DNA from: a virus
Reading direction: 5' to 3' (one strand)
Virus record (IMG/VR): IMGVR_UViG_3300045391_005044
Length of the DNA stretch: 64,000 bases
How positions within the stretch are numbered: position 1 is the stretch's first letter; each line of letters starts with the position of its first letter. The position numbers and the translations under genes are program-made. Positions 1 through 6,762 of the stretch are shown in pieces. A model generated the notes under the pieces. That model made no database searches. It was not told the origin of the DNA and saw only the letters and a list, made by a program, of their open reading frames with translations.

Positions 1-348
1 CAGGGTGCCAACAATGAGGAGGACAATCATGCTGATCGTGGATGGAGGAGAAGGCGTCAGAAAGCTATCGACTCCATAGTGCATGACTACAAGTGCGAAG
101 CAGAGAAGTTCAACAAGGGTGTCTATTCTCACATCGACAGCATCATCAACCAGATGGGCGGTAAGGCGAAGTTGGGCTTCGACAACTACGCCACGGGAGC
201 CGCCAAGATGATTGAGGAATACGTAAAGGCGGGCAATACGGTAGAGATCCTTACGGTGTGCCAGCTGTACAACCAAGGCTTTATGCGGGAGGTGTTTGAG
301 ACGTTAAAGAAAAGCGAACAGGCGGAAAACATTCAGGATACTGAATAA
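1..348 (+). CDS. hypothetical protein, 5'-truncated by window edge
   Basis: The frame is open from nt 1 (QGANNEEDNHADRGW...) to TAA at 346-348. The tracked start at 79 is only an internal GTG. TAATG overlap with the next start at 348. Confidence 0.5.
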   Translation, partial: QGANNEEDNHADRGWRRRRQKAIDSIVHDYKCEAEKFNKGVYSHIDSIINQMGGKAKLGFDNYATGAAKMIEEYVKAGNTVEILTVCQLYNQGFMREVFETLKKSEQAENIQDTE

Positions 349-1292
349 TGTTCAAGCCCCACTACGGCATATGCAGCGAATGCAAAGAACAAAGGCTACT
401 GGTAGTTAAAAAATTACTCTGTAAAAAATGTAATCATGGAAGAAAAGAAATCAAAGACGATCCTAATTCCAAGCTGGAAGGACGTAGAGAAAGCAACAGG
501 AGAGGAAATATCGGAAAGCACAGGAATTCAAACGACGGAATGGTTGTCTCCAGAAGAGGCTGTAGAAAAGTATGGCAAGAACCAGATAAAAACATATCCT
601 CCAGCACTGAGCCACATTACTGGAGGAGTGGTTATAAAGCCTCGGTCTGGATCAGCGACCCAAGGCTGGGGCATTCTGGGACTGAACAAAAGAACTCCAT
701 CGGATTTCGAAGTAGCAATGGGAATGAGCATGGCAGCACAAAATCAAGACAGAACACTGGAAATAACCAGACCAGAAGGAGCAAAAAGCTGGATCATGGA
801 GCAGGAAATGGAGGAATGGAAAAATCTACAAAACAATCTCTTGGCCTCCAGCGCATCCCCTCTTCCCCCATGGATGCGAAAAGATTTTCTCCTCACCCCA
901 AAGGCTCTACGAAAAAAGAAGTTGCGCCAGGCAAAAAGAAAAAACCGTTACAGTACCGCAGGAAACCTACTGGCGAAGCGGAGGTCTTTAAGAAAATGTT
1001 TCAAGAGAGCCTACAAGCGCATCCAGAAGGTGTCCCATGTCGATGCTGTAAGCTCAGTTTGGGAACAGAACCCATGGCCCATTTCTTTTCCCATGTATTA
1101 CCAAAGAGCACATATCCCGAGTTCAGACTCAATCCCAGAAATATATGGATCGTCTGCTTCGAATGCCATGCAAGATGGGAGAACGGCGGTAGAAATAGCC
1201 CACAATTTAACGAAAAACGAAAGGCTGCCGATCAACTTCGGCAAGAGTCCAATTTACATAGATCCAAGCCAAGTATAAACACTCAAGAGTAA
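348..1292 (+). CDS. NinG/HNH-like zinc-finger nuclease-family protein
   Basis: N-terminal CxxC..CxxC ribbon (CSECKEQ...CKKCN). K/R/S-rich linker ending KKKKPLQYRRKPTGEAEVFKKMF. C-terminal Cys/His block PCRCC..HFFSHVLPKSTYPEFRLNPRNIWIVCFECHARWENG. This architecture resembles lambda NinG and phage HNH proteins. Confidence 0.5.
   Translation: MFKPHYGICSECKEQRLLVVKKLLCKKCNHGRKEIKDDPNSKLEGRRESNRRGNIGKHRNSNDGMVVSRRGCRKVWQEPDKNISSSTEPHYWRSGYKASVWISDPRLGHSGTEQKNSIGFRSSNGNEHGSTKSRQNTGNNQTRRSKKLDHGAGNGGMEKSTKQSLGLQRIPSSPMDAKRFSPHPKGSTKKEVAPGKKKKPLQYRRKPTGEAEVFKKMFQESLQAHPEGVPCRCCKLSLGTEPMAHFFSHVLPKSTYPEFRLNPRNIWIVCFECHARWENGGRNSPQFNEKRKAADQLRQESNLHRSKPSINTQE
436..1278 (+). other. fully overlapping +1-frame ORF (280 codons) inside the NinG/HNH-like gene; coding status unresolved
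   Basis: ATG-initiated and stop-free for 843 nt. Between ~440 and ~830 this frame has G-first codon periodicity and balanced composition (KTILIPSWKDVEKATGEEISE...), while the annotated frame is low-complexity there. Confidence 0.3.
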
Positions 1293-1343
1293 GGAAAGCC
1301 AATGCCTTTTTCAAGTAGGTCGTAACCCATAAACTCAATTTTT

Positions 1344-1571
1344 ATGAAGCAAATTGTTGCATCAATTTTGACGTTTATTTTGAATGCACTGCTCTTTTGC
1401 GTGTCATTCGTGCTATACCACTTCGAGCCCGTCAGGGATCGCGTTAAGGGTATCATGAACCACGTATCTGGCCAGGTGAGCAAAATTGTATACAGCGCGA
1501 AAGCGTGGATGTATGCAGAGAGAGCTCGCCTGCGCGTGTATATGTGGGATAGTCCACTTTCTATTCAATAA
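1344..1571 (+). CDS. small membrane protein, hypothetical
   Basis: 75-aa ORF with an N-terminal hydrophobic helix (IVASILTFILNALLFCVSFVLY). Followed directly by a strong terminator. Confidence 0.4.
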   Translation: MKQIVASILTFILNALLFCVSFVLYHFEPVRDRVKGIMNHVSGQVSKIVYSAKAWMYAERARLRVYMWDSPLSIQ

Positions 1572-1591
1572 TAAACATGTCGAAAATCCGG

Positions 1592-1626
1592 ACCATCCCC
1601 AGAATATTTTGGGGATGGTTTATTTA
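1592..1626 (+). terminator. rho-independent terminator
   Basis: 10-bp stem ACCATCCCCA / TGGGGATGGT with an 8-nt loop, followed by TTATTT. Lies 20 nt after the stop at 1571. Confidence 0.55.
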
Positions 1627-1627
1627 C

Positions 1628-1755
1628 GGGGAGATGGCGGAATGGTAGACGCGTCGATTCACTTAGGTGTGATAGGCAGGAGAAGCTTAATCGCAAAAGA
1701 GCAATACTTGATCAAGTAACTCAATCCTATGCAGGTTCGAATCCTGCTCTTCCCG
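1628..1755 (+). tRNA. tRNA-like gene, 128 nt, Leu-type D arm, non-canonical or insert-containing central region
   Basis: Acceptor GGGGAGA/TCTTCCC (7 bp, one G-U). D arm TGGCGGAATGGTAGACGCG as in bacterial tRNA-Leu. T arm GCAGG-TTCGAAT-CCTGC. 77 nt lie between the D and T arms. CTTAGGT (possible UAG anticodon loop) is present, but I could not form a canonical 5-bp stem by hand. Confidence 0.5.
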
Positions 1756-1770
1756 CTTAAAACAAACAGC

Positions 1771-2346
1771 ATGAAAATTTACAGTCCACTCACCCTTCGC
1801 CTCGCCGACAACAACCAACTGATGGTTGAGGCTTACACCATGCCTGAACCAATTAACAACGCCAATATGTACAATGGATTAGAACGCATACGGCATGAAA
1901 GCGAATACAACAAAGTATGGAAAAAATGGCTCGCCTCCAAAATAGAGCTGCCGGTAAATGAGGGGAGTAAAGATGAATTTGAAAAGGTAGCCAAAAAATA
2001 CATCATCAATGAATTAAGCAAGCAGGCAAAAGAACCTACTGAATCCGGAATCATATTCTTTTTGTTAAAAGGCATCGACGTCTCCGAACTGGCTGACCGC
2101 ATCGATGTTAGAGATGGATGTTCAGAAGGCGTCAACTGCACAGCACACAAAACAGGTAAATGCATCGGCACAATTGTGAAAAGAGCTCACCTCCTACCCG
2201 AGAAGAAAGAGGGGCAGGATCAATATAGCCTCTGGAATGATTTGTTGCAGCTCTTGTACGATAATGATTTTGAACAGCACACCTATTCTGATAAAACTAT
2301 TATTGAGTTGTTAAGAGCAAAATTTACTATAACCAAAAACCCATGA
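1771..2346 (+). CDS. hypothetical protein, paralog of 13229..13747
   Basis: The tracked ORF start at 1729 lies in the T arm of the tRNA-like gene, so the first plausible ATG is 1771 (MKIYSPLTLRLADNNQLMV). Shares blocks with 13229..13747: RLADNQLMV, SKIELPxxEGSK, SELADRI, LPEKxEGQD. Confidence 0.6.
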   Translation: MKIYSPLTLRLADNNQLMVEAYTMPEPINNANMYNGLERIRHESEYNKVWKKWLASKIELPVNEGSKDEFEKVAKKYIINELSKQAKEPTESGIIFFLLKGIDVSELADRIDVRDGCSEGVNCTAHKTGKCIGTIVKRAHLLPEKKEGQDQYSLWNDLLQLLYDNDFEQHTYSDKTIIELLRAKFTITKNP

Positions 2347-2840
2347 ACGACATATTCTGGAAAGAGCAAACCATCGACGAAGCGAAGACCTTCCTGCAAG
2401 AAAAGGCTTCCAAAGGGGTTATGTGTCCATGCTGCCATCGGTACACGAAAATTTACGAGCGCAAACTCACCAGCTCTATGGCATATGGACTCATAAGGTT
2501 GTACCTGTACGCAGAAAAAACGAATAAAATAGGTCATTACCTACATATAGAAAACATCTTCAAGGACATGGATATTACGTCTTCCATTCGGGGAGATTTT
2601 CCAAAATTGAGATTCTGGGGACTTATAGAGCCTTCTCCGGTGGAGGAAGGCCCTCATGTCCAGAATGGGGAATACCGGATAACTGAGCGCGGATTTCTAT
2701 TTGTTATGGGTTCGATTTCTGTTTACAATAGCGTATGGATCTACAACAACAAGATGATCGATAAAAGCAAAAATATGGTAAACATACACCAGGCCCTCAA
2801 AAATAAGTTCAACTACCAAGAACTCATGTCCTATGCCTAA
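2343..2840 (+). CDS. hypothetical protein with CxCC-type zinc motif, possible DNA-binding protein
   Basis: ATGA overlap with the upstream stop. Motif GVMCPCCHRYTKIYERKL followed by a helix-rich region. No family recognised. Confidence 0.5.
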   Translation: MNDIFWKEQTIDEAKTFLQEKASKGVMCPCCHRYTKIYERKLTSSMAYGLIRLYLYAEKTNKIGHYLHIENIFKDMDITSSIRGDFPKLRFWGLIEPSPVEEGPHVQNGEYRITERGFLFVMGSISVYNSVWIYNNKMIDKSKNMVNIHQALKNKFNYQELMSYA

Positions 2841-2909
2841 ATTCGTAATAGACTTCATGCTGTTCCGCGATCGGAAGGATCCGTACTCAATACTTGCTGG
2901 TGTAATTGG

Positions 2910-3458
2910 ATGGGCCACCTTAGTTCTTATTGCCTCCGTGTTTTCAACATTTTACTACCTATGGTGATAACGATAAATACTGACGCCTCGTTCAGCAACA
3001 AGCACCGCATAGGAGCCTTCGCCTGCTGGGTGGTGAGCAACAGATTCAAAATAAAGTTCGGCGGCATGCTCAAAAAGAAATGCGAGTCCCCAACTCACGC
3101 AGAGTGCATGGCCATCATCAATGCCCTGCATATGGTATTCCTCAATGACATGACCGGAGTGAAAATGATCATCGTCAATACCGACTCCATGAATTCCAAG
3201 CACATATTTGAAAACGACACACAGGCTATAAAGAGATACCGACTGAAGTCCTATTCTCAGCAGTTCTATGGCAGGTTCGTAAAGATGAAGATGGATGCTT
3301 TCCGGCATAACCAGAAGGTAGAGTTCCAATTCAGACACGTGAAGGCCCACCAGGATACCGACACCCCGCGCACATACATCAACGACTGGTGTGATTGCGA
3401 GGCAAAGAGGCACATGGGGCATGCTCTTGATCAATTTAAAGAAAAACAACCAACATGA
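2910..3458 (+). CDS. RNase H-like protein (RNase HI fold)
   Basis: DEDD-type pattern: ITINTDASF, ECMAIINAL, IVNTDS, HVKAHQDTD..NDWCDCEAK. An alternative start is at 2961 (MVITINTDAS). Confidence 0.55.
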   Translation: MGHLSSYCLRVFNILLPMVITINTDASFSNKHRIGAFACWVVSNRFKIKFGGMLKKKCESPTHAECMAIINALHMVFLNDMTGVKMIIVNTDSMNSKHIFENDTQAIKRYRLKSYSQQFYGRFVKMKMDAFRHNQKVEFQFRHVKAHQDTDTPRTYINDWCDCEAKRHMGHALDQFKEKQPT

Positions 3459-4114
3459 CAACAGAAGAGATAAGAGCCGTGATCGGCAAGGTGAAGTTCC
3501 TGGACTTCCAGATAGATGTGGAGGTGAGCCACATCATGAAGACGGTATTGGACCCTTCAGCTGAACTCACATTTCACATCAGGCACTGGGGGCCAAACAA
3601 TGAAACGAGAAGGGGGCGCAGCCTTATGACATTCATCAGCGTACAGCGAGTGTGTCCAGTAGACGAAGGAGAGATTTTGGCATCTTGCTATAGAGCCTTT
3701 ATGGAGAAGCTCAGACACGAAGCGTCGGAGATATTCGAGTATGATGGGAAAAGGGTTTTCAACGAGCACTTCGGGCCAGACATGACTGCCAGGTTCCCAA
3801 TGATCAGTGAAATGGTTAAAACTGAAGAAGTCAAAACAACGATAAGAGGCTTTAAGATCATTGAATTTCAAGACGCGAGAGGCAACGAATGTAACATTCA
3901 AAAGTCTTCGGCAGCTATGGAGGATCGCATATGGATCGGGTCCAAAGAAATAGACCTCATGCATTTCAAAGCCGGTCAGGGATGGAAACAAGTGGATTTG
4001 ATTCATACCGAAGAAGAGCACTATGTGGCCAACAACCGAATGGAGCTCAATCAGGAGCAAGTAAGAGCTATTCTTCCTGCCCTACAAAAATTTGCACAAA
4101 CTGGTGATCTATGA
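3455..4114 (+). CDS. hypothetical protein
   Basis: 219-aa ORF with ATGA coupling at both ends. No motif recognised. Confidence 0.6.
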   Translation: MTTEEIRAVIGKVKFLDFQIDVEVSHIMKTVLDPSAELTFHIRHWGPNNETRRGRSLMTFISVQRVCPVDEGEILASCYRAFMEKLRHEASEIFEYDGKRVFNEHFGPDMTARFPMISEMVKTEEVKTTIRGFKIIEFQDARGNECNIQKSSAAMEDRIWIGSKEIDLMHFKAGQGWKQVDLIHTEEEHYVANNRMELNQEQVRAILPALQKFAQTGDL

Positions 4115-4506
4115 AAACATCAACAACAAAAGAAGGAAACCGACTTATAGCCTCGTACATGGGCCTTGAGTTTAATGAAGATAGTCAGACTTTTGCATAC
4201 ATCGAATCAGACGTTTCCAGTTCTGATTACGGGGCCAGACTGCACGCAAAATCAGAATTTTTAGGCTATAGGACATCCTGGGACTGGCTAATGCTGGTGT
4301 GCAAAAAGATCATCGATTCCTACTATGACAACCGGCAAGAGATTTATGCGGGCTTGAACGAGATCGACCTCGAAAAGACATGGCAAGCGGTGGTTGAATT
4401 CATTGAATTCTGGAATGATCCGAAGCAACCAAAAACGATCTGGAGAAGCACCCCAGAATGGGTATTGCATTATTTCGCCACAAGAGGTCATAAAATACAG
4501 CTATGA
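4111..4506 (+). CDS. hypothetical protein
   Basis: 131-aa ORF with ATGA coupling at both ends. Confidence 0.6.
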   Translation: MKTSTTKEGNRLIASYMGLEFNEDSQTFAYIESDVSSSDYGARLHAKSEFLGYRTSWDWLMLVCKKIIDSYYDNRQEIYAGLNEIDLEKTWQAVVEFIEFWNDPKQPKTIWRSTPEWVLHYFATRGHKIQL

Positions 4507-4976
4507 AAACTACAGAGGCTATATTCCGGGCAACTCCCAAGAACAGCAAGCTCACCTGGCACAACATCTACGATCTGGAGCGCTTCCTCACCGAAAACGA
4601 GGGCATCGAGCTCACGATTACCATGAAGCAGACCTCAAAATTGTCGGAGAAAATACGGATGTTTAATTTCCTTTTTGGTCCCCTGCTTGAATGCGCCGTA
4701 ATTGGATATACCCGCGCCGGTTACGAGGGCATGGACAAGGTGAAGGCCCGGTATAAGCTTCAGGCCGAACTCGCCAAGGGGGAGATCTACAATGCCAAAA
4801 CCGGCAAGACGGAGATTTACCTGCTGGAACTGTCCGGTATGTCAAAGGCGAGATTGCTGCAGTTCATCCAGGATTGCATATTCTATCTGGAGGCGGAACT
4901 GCAGATGGAGGTCCCTGATAGCGACGCCTATAAGCTTAAAAAGCTCACCGGAAGGGAGATGAAAATCGTTAAGTAG
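4503..4976 (+). CDS. hypothetical protein
   Basis: 157-aa ORF with ATGA coupling upstream. Last gene before the tRNA cluster. Confidence 0.6.
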   Translation: MKTTEAIFRATPKNSKLTWHNIYDLERFLTENEGIELTITMKQTSKLSEKIRMFNFLFGPLLECAVIGYTRAGYEGMDKVKARYKLQAELAKGEIYNAKTGKTEIYLLELSGMSKARLLQFIQDCIFYLEAELQMEVPDSDAYKLKKLTGREMKIVK

Positions 4977-4988
4977 AATCATTCTAAA
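4974..4988. promoter_or_regulatory. palindromic box TAGAAT-c-ATTCTAAA (related to the R-box family)
   Basis: Perfect 6+1+6 palindrome 13 nt upstream of the -33 box of the tRNA promoter. The half-site TTCTAAA is shared with the boxes at 62758, 63024, 63272 and 51688. Confidence 0.35.
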
Positions 4989-5000
4989 TTATCGACAAAA

Positions 5001-5033
5001 TTTGTTTTTTATCCATTATTTATAGTACATTTG
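5001..5033 (+). promoter_or_regulatory. Bacteroidota-type promoter for the tRNA cluster
   Basis: TTTG (5001-5004), 21-nt spacer, TACATTTG (5026-5033), matching TTTG/TAnnTTTG. The extended motif AGTAyATTTGCATCAA is shared with the promoter at 19972. Confidence 0.45.
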
Positions 5034-5070
5034 CATCAACAAAAAACGTTCTTTAACACATTGATAAAAT

Positions 5071-5142
5071 GCCTCGGTAGCTCAGTTGGTAGAGCGCCGG
5101 ACTGAAGATCCGGTAGCGGTGGTTCGAATCCATCCCGAGGCA
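5071..5142 (+). tRNA. tRNA-Phe (anticodon GAA)
   Basis: Canonical cloverleaf. Acceptor GCCTCGG/CCGAGGC. D arm GCTC-AGTTGGTA-GAGC. Anticodon arm CCGGA-CTGAAGA-TCCGG. T arm GGTGG-TTCGAAT-CCATC. Discriminator A. No encoded CCA. Confidence 0.85.
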
Positions 5143-5147
5143 CAAAT

Positions 5148-5222
5148 GCCAATGTAAGCTCAAATGGTAGAGCTCGCCCCGAACTGGTGTGCGGGTTATG
5201 GGTTCGATTCCTGTTATTGGCG
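5148..5222 (+). tRNA. tRNA-like gene, 75 nt, irregular anticodon arm (isotype not assignable by eye)
   Basis: Acceptor GCCAATG/TATTGGC. D arm AGCT-CAAATGGTAG-AGCT. T arm ATGGG-TTCGATT-CCTGT. The central CCCG-AACTGGTGTG-CGGG gives only a 4-bp stem with a 10-nt loop. Candidate anticodons GGU or UGG need mismatches or a 1-nt deletion. Confidence 0.5.
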
Positions 5223-5228
5223 CAAAAT

Positions 5229-5344
5229 GGATAAGACGCACATTGGTAGTGCCGGAGTAATTACCGCCGAAGGCTTCAAAGCCTTCTGTATCTCAAAAGG
5301 ATGCATTGTTGGTCTTGGTGCGGGTTCGAATCCCGCCTTATCCA
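5229..5344 (+). tRNA. tRNA-like gene, 116 nt, with ~40 extra nt and a TCA-containing hairpin
   Basis: Acceptor GGATAAG/CTTATCC. D arm GCAC-ATTGGTA-GTGC. T arm GCGGG-TTCGAAT-CCCGC. The centre holds a perfect hairpin GAAGGC-TTCAAA-GCCTTC, readable as a 5-bp stem with an 8-nt loop CTTCAAAG, plus flanking extra sequence. Confidence 0.45.
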
Positions 5345-5345
5345 C

Positions 5346-5364
5346 ATGAGAATTTTAACAAACA
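5346..5364 (+). repeat. 19-nt direct repeat, left copy (ATGAGAATTTTAACAAACA)
   Basis: Identical to 5716-5734. This copy encodes only a 9-codon relic (MRILTNTHS*). Confidence 0.85.
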
Positions 5365-5374
5365 CGCATTCATA

Positions 5375-5719
5375 ATGGACACGAGAGCTGAACACATTTT
5401 CTTAGAAAATTTCTCAAGAGACACTTCATTCACTGGAAAAGAATCCGCTCTTTCTTTAATTTTCGGAGGCAATAAATACAGTCAATCTGAAATGAGAAAA
5501 AATTGGCAAGAGGGGATAAAACTTGGAATAGAAACTGGACTCAGGTGCGCCAGCTTGGAAGGACAAAAAATAGAAATAAACAGCAATGTTAAAAACCCAA
5601 AGCACAAAAAGTTTTTAGAAAAATTCTATGCACTGGCAGAAGAATATAAATGTGCCATACAGTATCATCCAGAATACGGAATATTTGTGGTAGACAGAGA
5701 TTATAACAACTACGAATGA
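5375..5719 (+). CDS. hypothetical protein (cassette bracketed by 19-nt direct repeats)
   Basis: The tracked ORF start at 5306 lies in the tRNA-like gene. The first ATG after it is 5375 (MDTRAEHIF...). The stop overlaps the next start (ATGA at 5716-5719). Confidence 0.5.
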   Translation: MDTRAEHIFLENFSRDTSFTGKESALSLIFGGNKYSQSEMRKNWQEGIKLGIETGLRCASLEGQKIEINSNVKNPKHKKFLEKFYALAEEYKCAIQYHPEYGIFVVDRDYNNYE

Positions 5720-5734
5720 GAATTTTAACAAACA
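5716..5734 (+). repeat. 19-nt direct repeat, right copy
   Basis: Identical to 5346-5364. Forms the true 5' end of the nuclease gene (MRILTNK...). Confidence 0.85.
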
Positions 5735-6762
5735 AGTACAACCTACCCGACACGCTCGCTAAAGCCTGTGCGGTGGACACGCATCGTGTGATGGGAGATT
5801 TGAGCTGCACTACACTGATCGATGCTCCCCAGATCCGCATCTTAAAACGCCTCCACAATTATGAGGAGGACGTTATCGACAACATGTATGCCCTGATGGG
5901 TACGGCGCTGCACCACATCCTGGAGCGGGCCAATATCGTCGAGGAGCGCAAGCGGGCCTTTATGCTCACCGCCGACTTCATCATGACGCAGGCCAAAAAT
6001 TCTAAGGAAACGCACCCCGACCAGTCCGAAAAGCTCACCAAGCTGGGGGATTACCTATTTAAGCTCATTCCTTTTTTCTTCCCGGAGGTGGAGAGCAAGT
6101 ACATCTTCGAAAAGACGCTGATGATCGAGATCGATGGCATGAAGATCTCCGGCACGTTCGACCTGTACGACAAGACCACTGGCATCCTGTACGACTACAA
6201 GTTTTGCTCCGTTTACAACTACATCTTCCCTGAGGCCAGGGACAAGTGGAAGCAGCAACTCAACATCTACGCCTATATGCTGGAACAGCATGGATATAAG
6301 GTCAATGGCATCCGGGTGGTGGCCTTCTTCCGGGACTATAATGTCCACAATTTTATGCGCAATAAGGACTACCCTACCCAGCAGGTGATGGAGATCCCCA
6401 TTGACATGCGCGAACTTCCGGAGATCGAAAGCTTCATTCGTAAGAGGGTACACCTGCACATGCAAGCCGAAGCCGGGATGATGCCTCCATGCAGCGGGAA
6501 GGAGCGATGGGCGAAGGCTGATCAGTTTGCCGTAAAGGTCAAGGAGGGCAAGAAGGTCAGCAAGCGAGCAAAGGCTCTATTCGACAGCCAGGACGAGGCC
6601 AATGGGTATGTGCTGGAGCACAGGCATAAGTTCGAAGACATGTTCGTTGAATTCCGCCCAGGGGAGTCGGTGCGCTGCGAGAAATTCTGCCCGGTATCAT
6701 CAATATGCCCACAGAGAAAGAAGGAACTTGAAGATCGTGAAAAACAAATACAAGAAATATGA
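5716..6762 (+). CDS. PD-(D/E)xK exonuclease, Cas4/RecB-like
   Basis: GTFDLYDKTTGILYDYKF (D...D/E-x-K core), QLNIYAYML (QxxxY), and C-terminal Cys cluster CEKFCPVSSIC plus upstream PPCSG, as in Cas4/AddB-type Fe-S nucleases. Confidence 0.65.
   Translation: MRILTNKYNLPDTLAKACAVDTHRVMGDLSCTTLIDAPQIRILKRLHNYEEDVIDNMYALMGTALHHILERANIVEERKRAFMLTADFIMTQAKNSKETHPDQSEKLTKLGDYLFKLIPFFFPEVESKYIFEKTLMIEIDGMKISGTFDLYDKTTGILYDYKFCSVYNYIFPEARDKWKQQLNIYAYMLEQHGYKVNGIRVVAFFRDYNVHNFMRNKDYPTQQVMEIPIDMRELPEIESFIRKRVHLHMQAEAGMMPPCSGKERWAKADQFAVKVKEGKKVSKRAKALFDSQDEANGYVLEHRHKFEDMFVEFRPGESVRCEKFCPVSSICPQRKKELEDREKQIQEI

Noticed and set aside
4394-4666. Short same-strand overlapping ORFs such as 4394..4666, 6602..6841, 10295..10558 and 17338..17568.
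   Set aside because: Their lengths (60-90 codons) are within chance expectation for alternative frames, and they have no motifs. This contrasts with the 280- and 340-codon cases reported as findings.
5071-5344. tRNA cluster as a prophage attachment site, or the window as an integrated prophage.
   Set aside because: There is no integrase, excisionase or flanking bacterial genes. Both window ends are phage-like ORFs and the tRNAs have their own phage promoter.
5053-5349. ORFs 5053..5241 (-), 5164..5349 (+) and the 5' ends of 5306..5719, 1729..2346, 1486..1719 and 21607..22176.
   Set aside because: They run through tRNA or tRNA-like genes. The adjacent CDS starts were moved to the first ATG downstream of the RNA gene.
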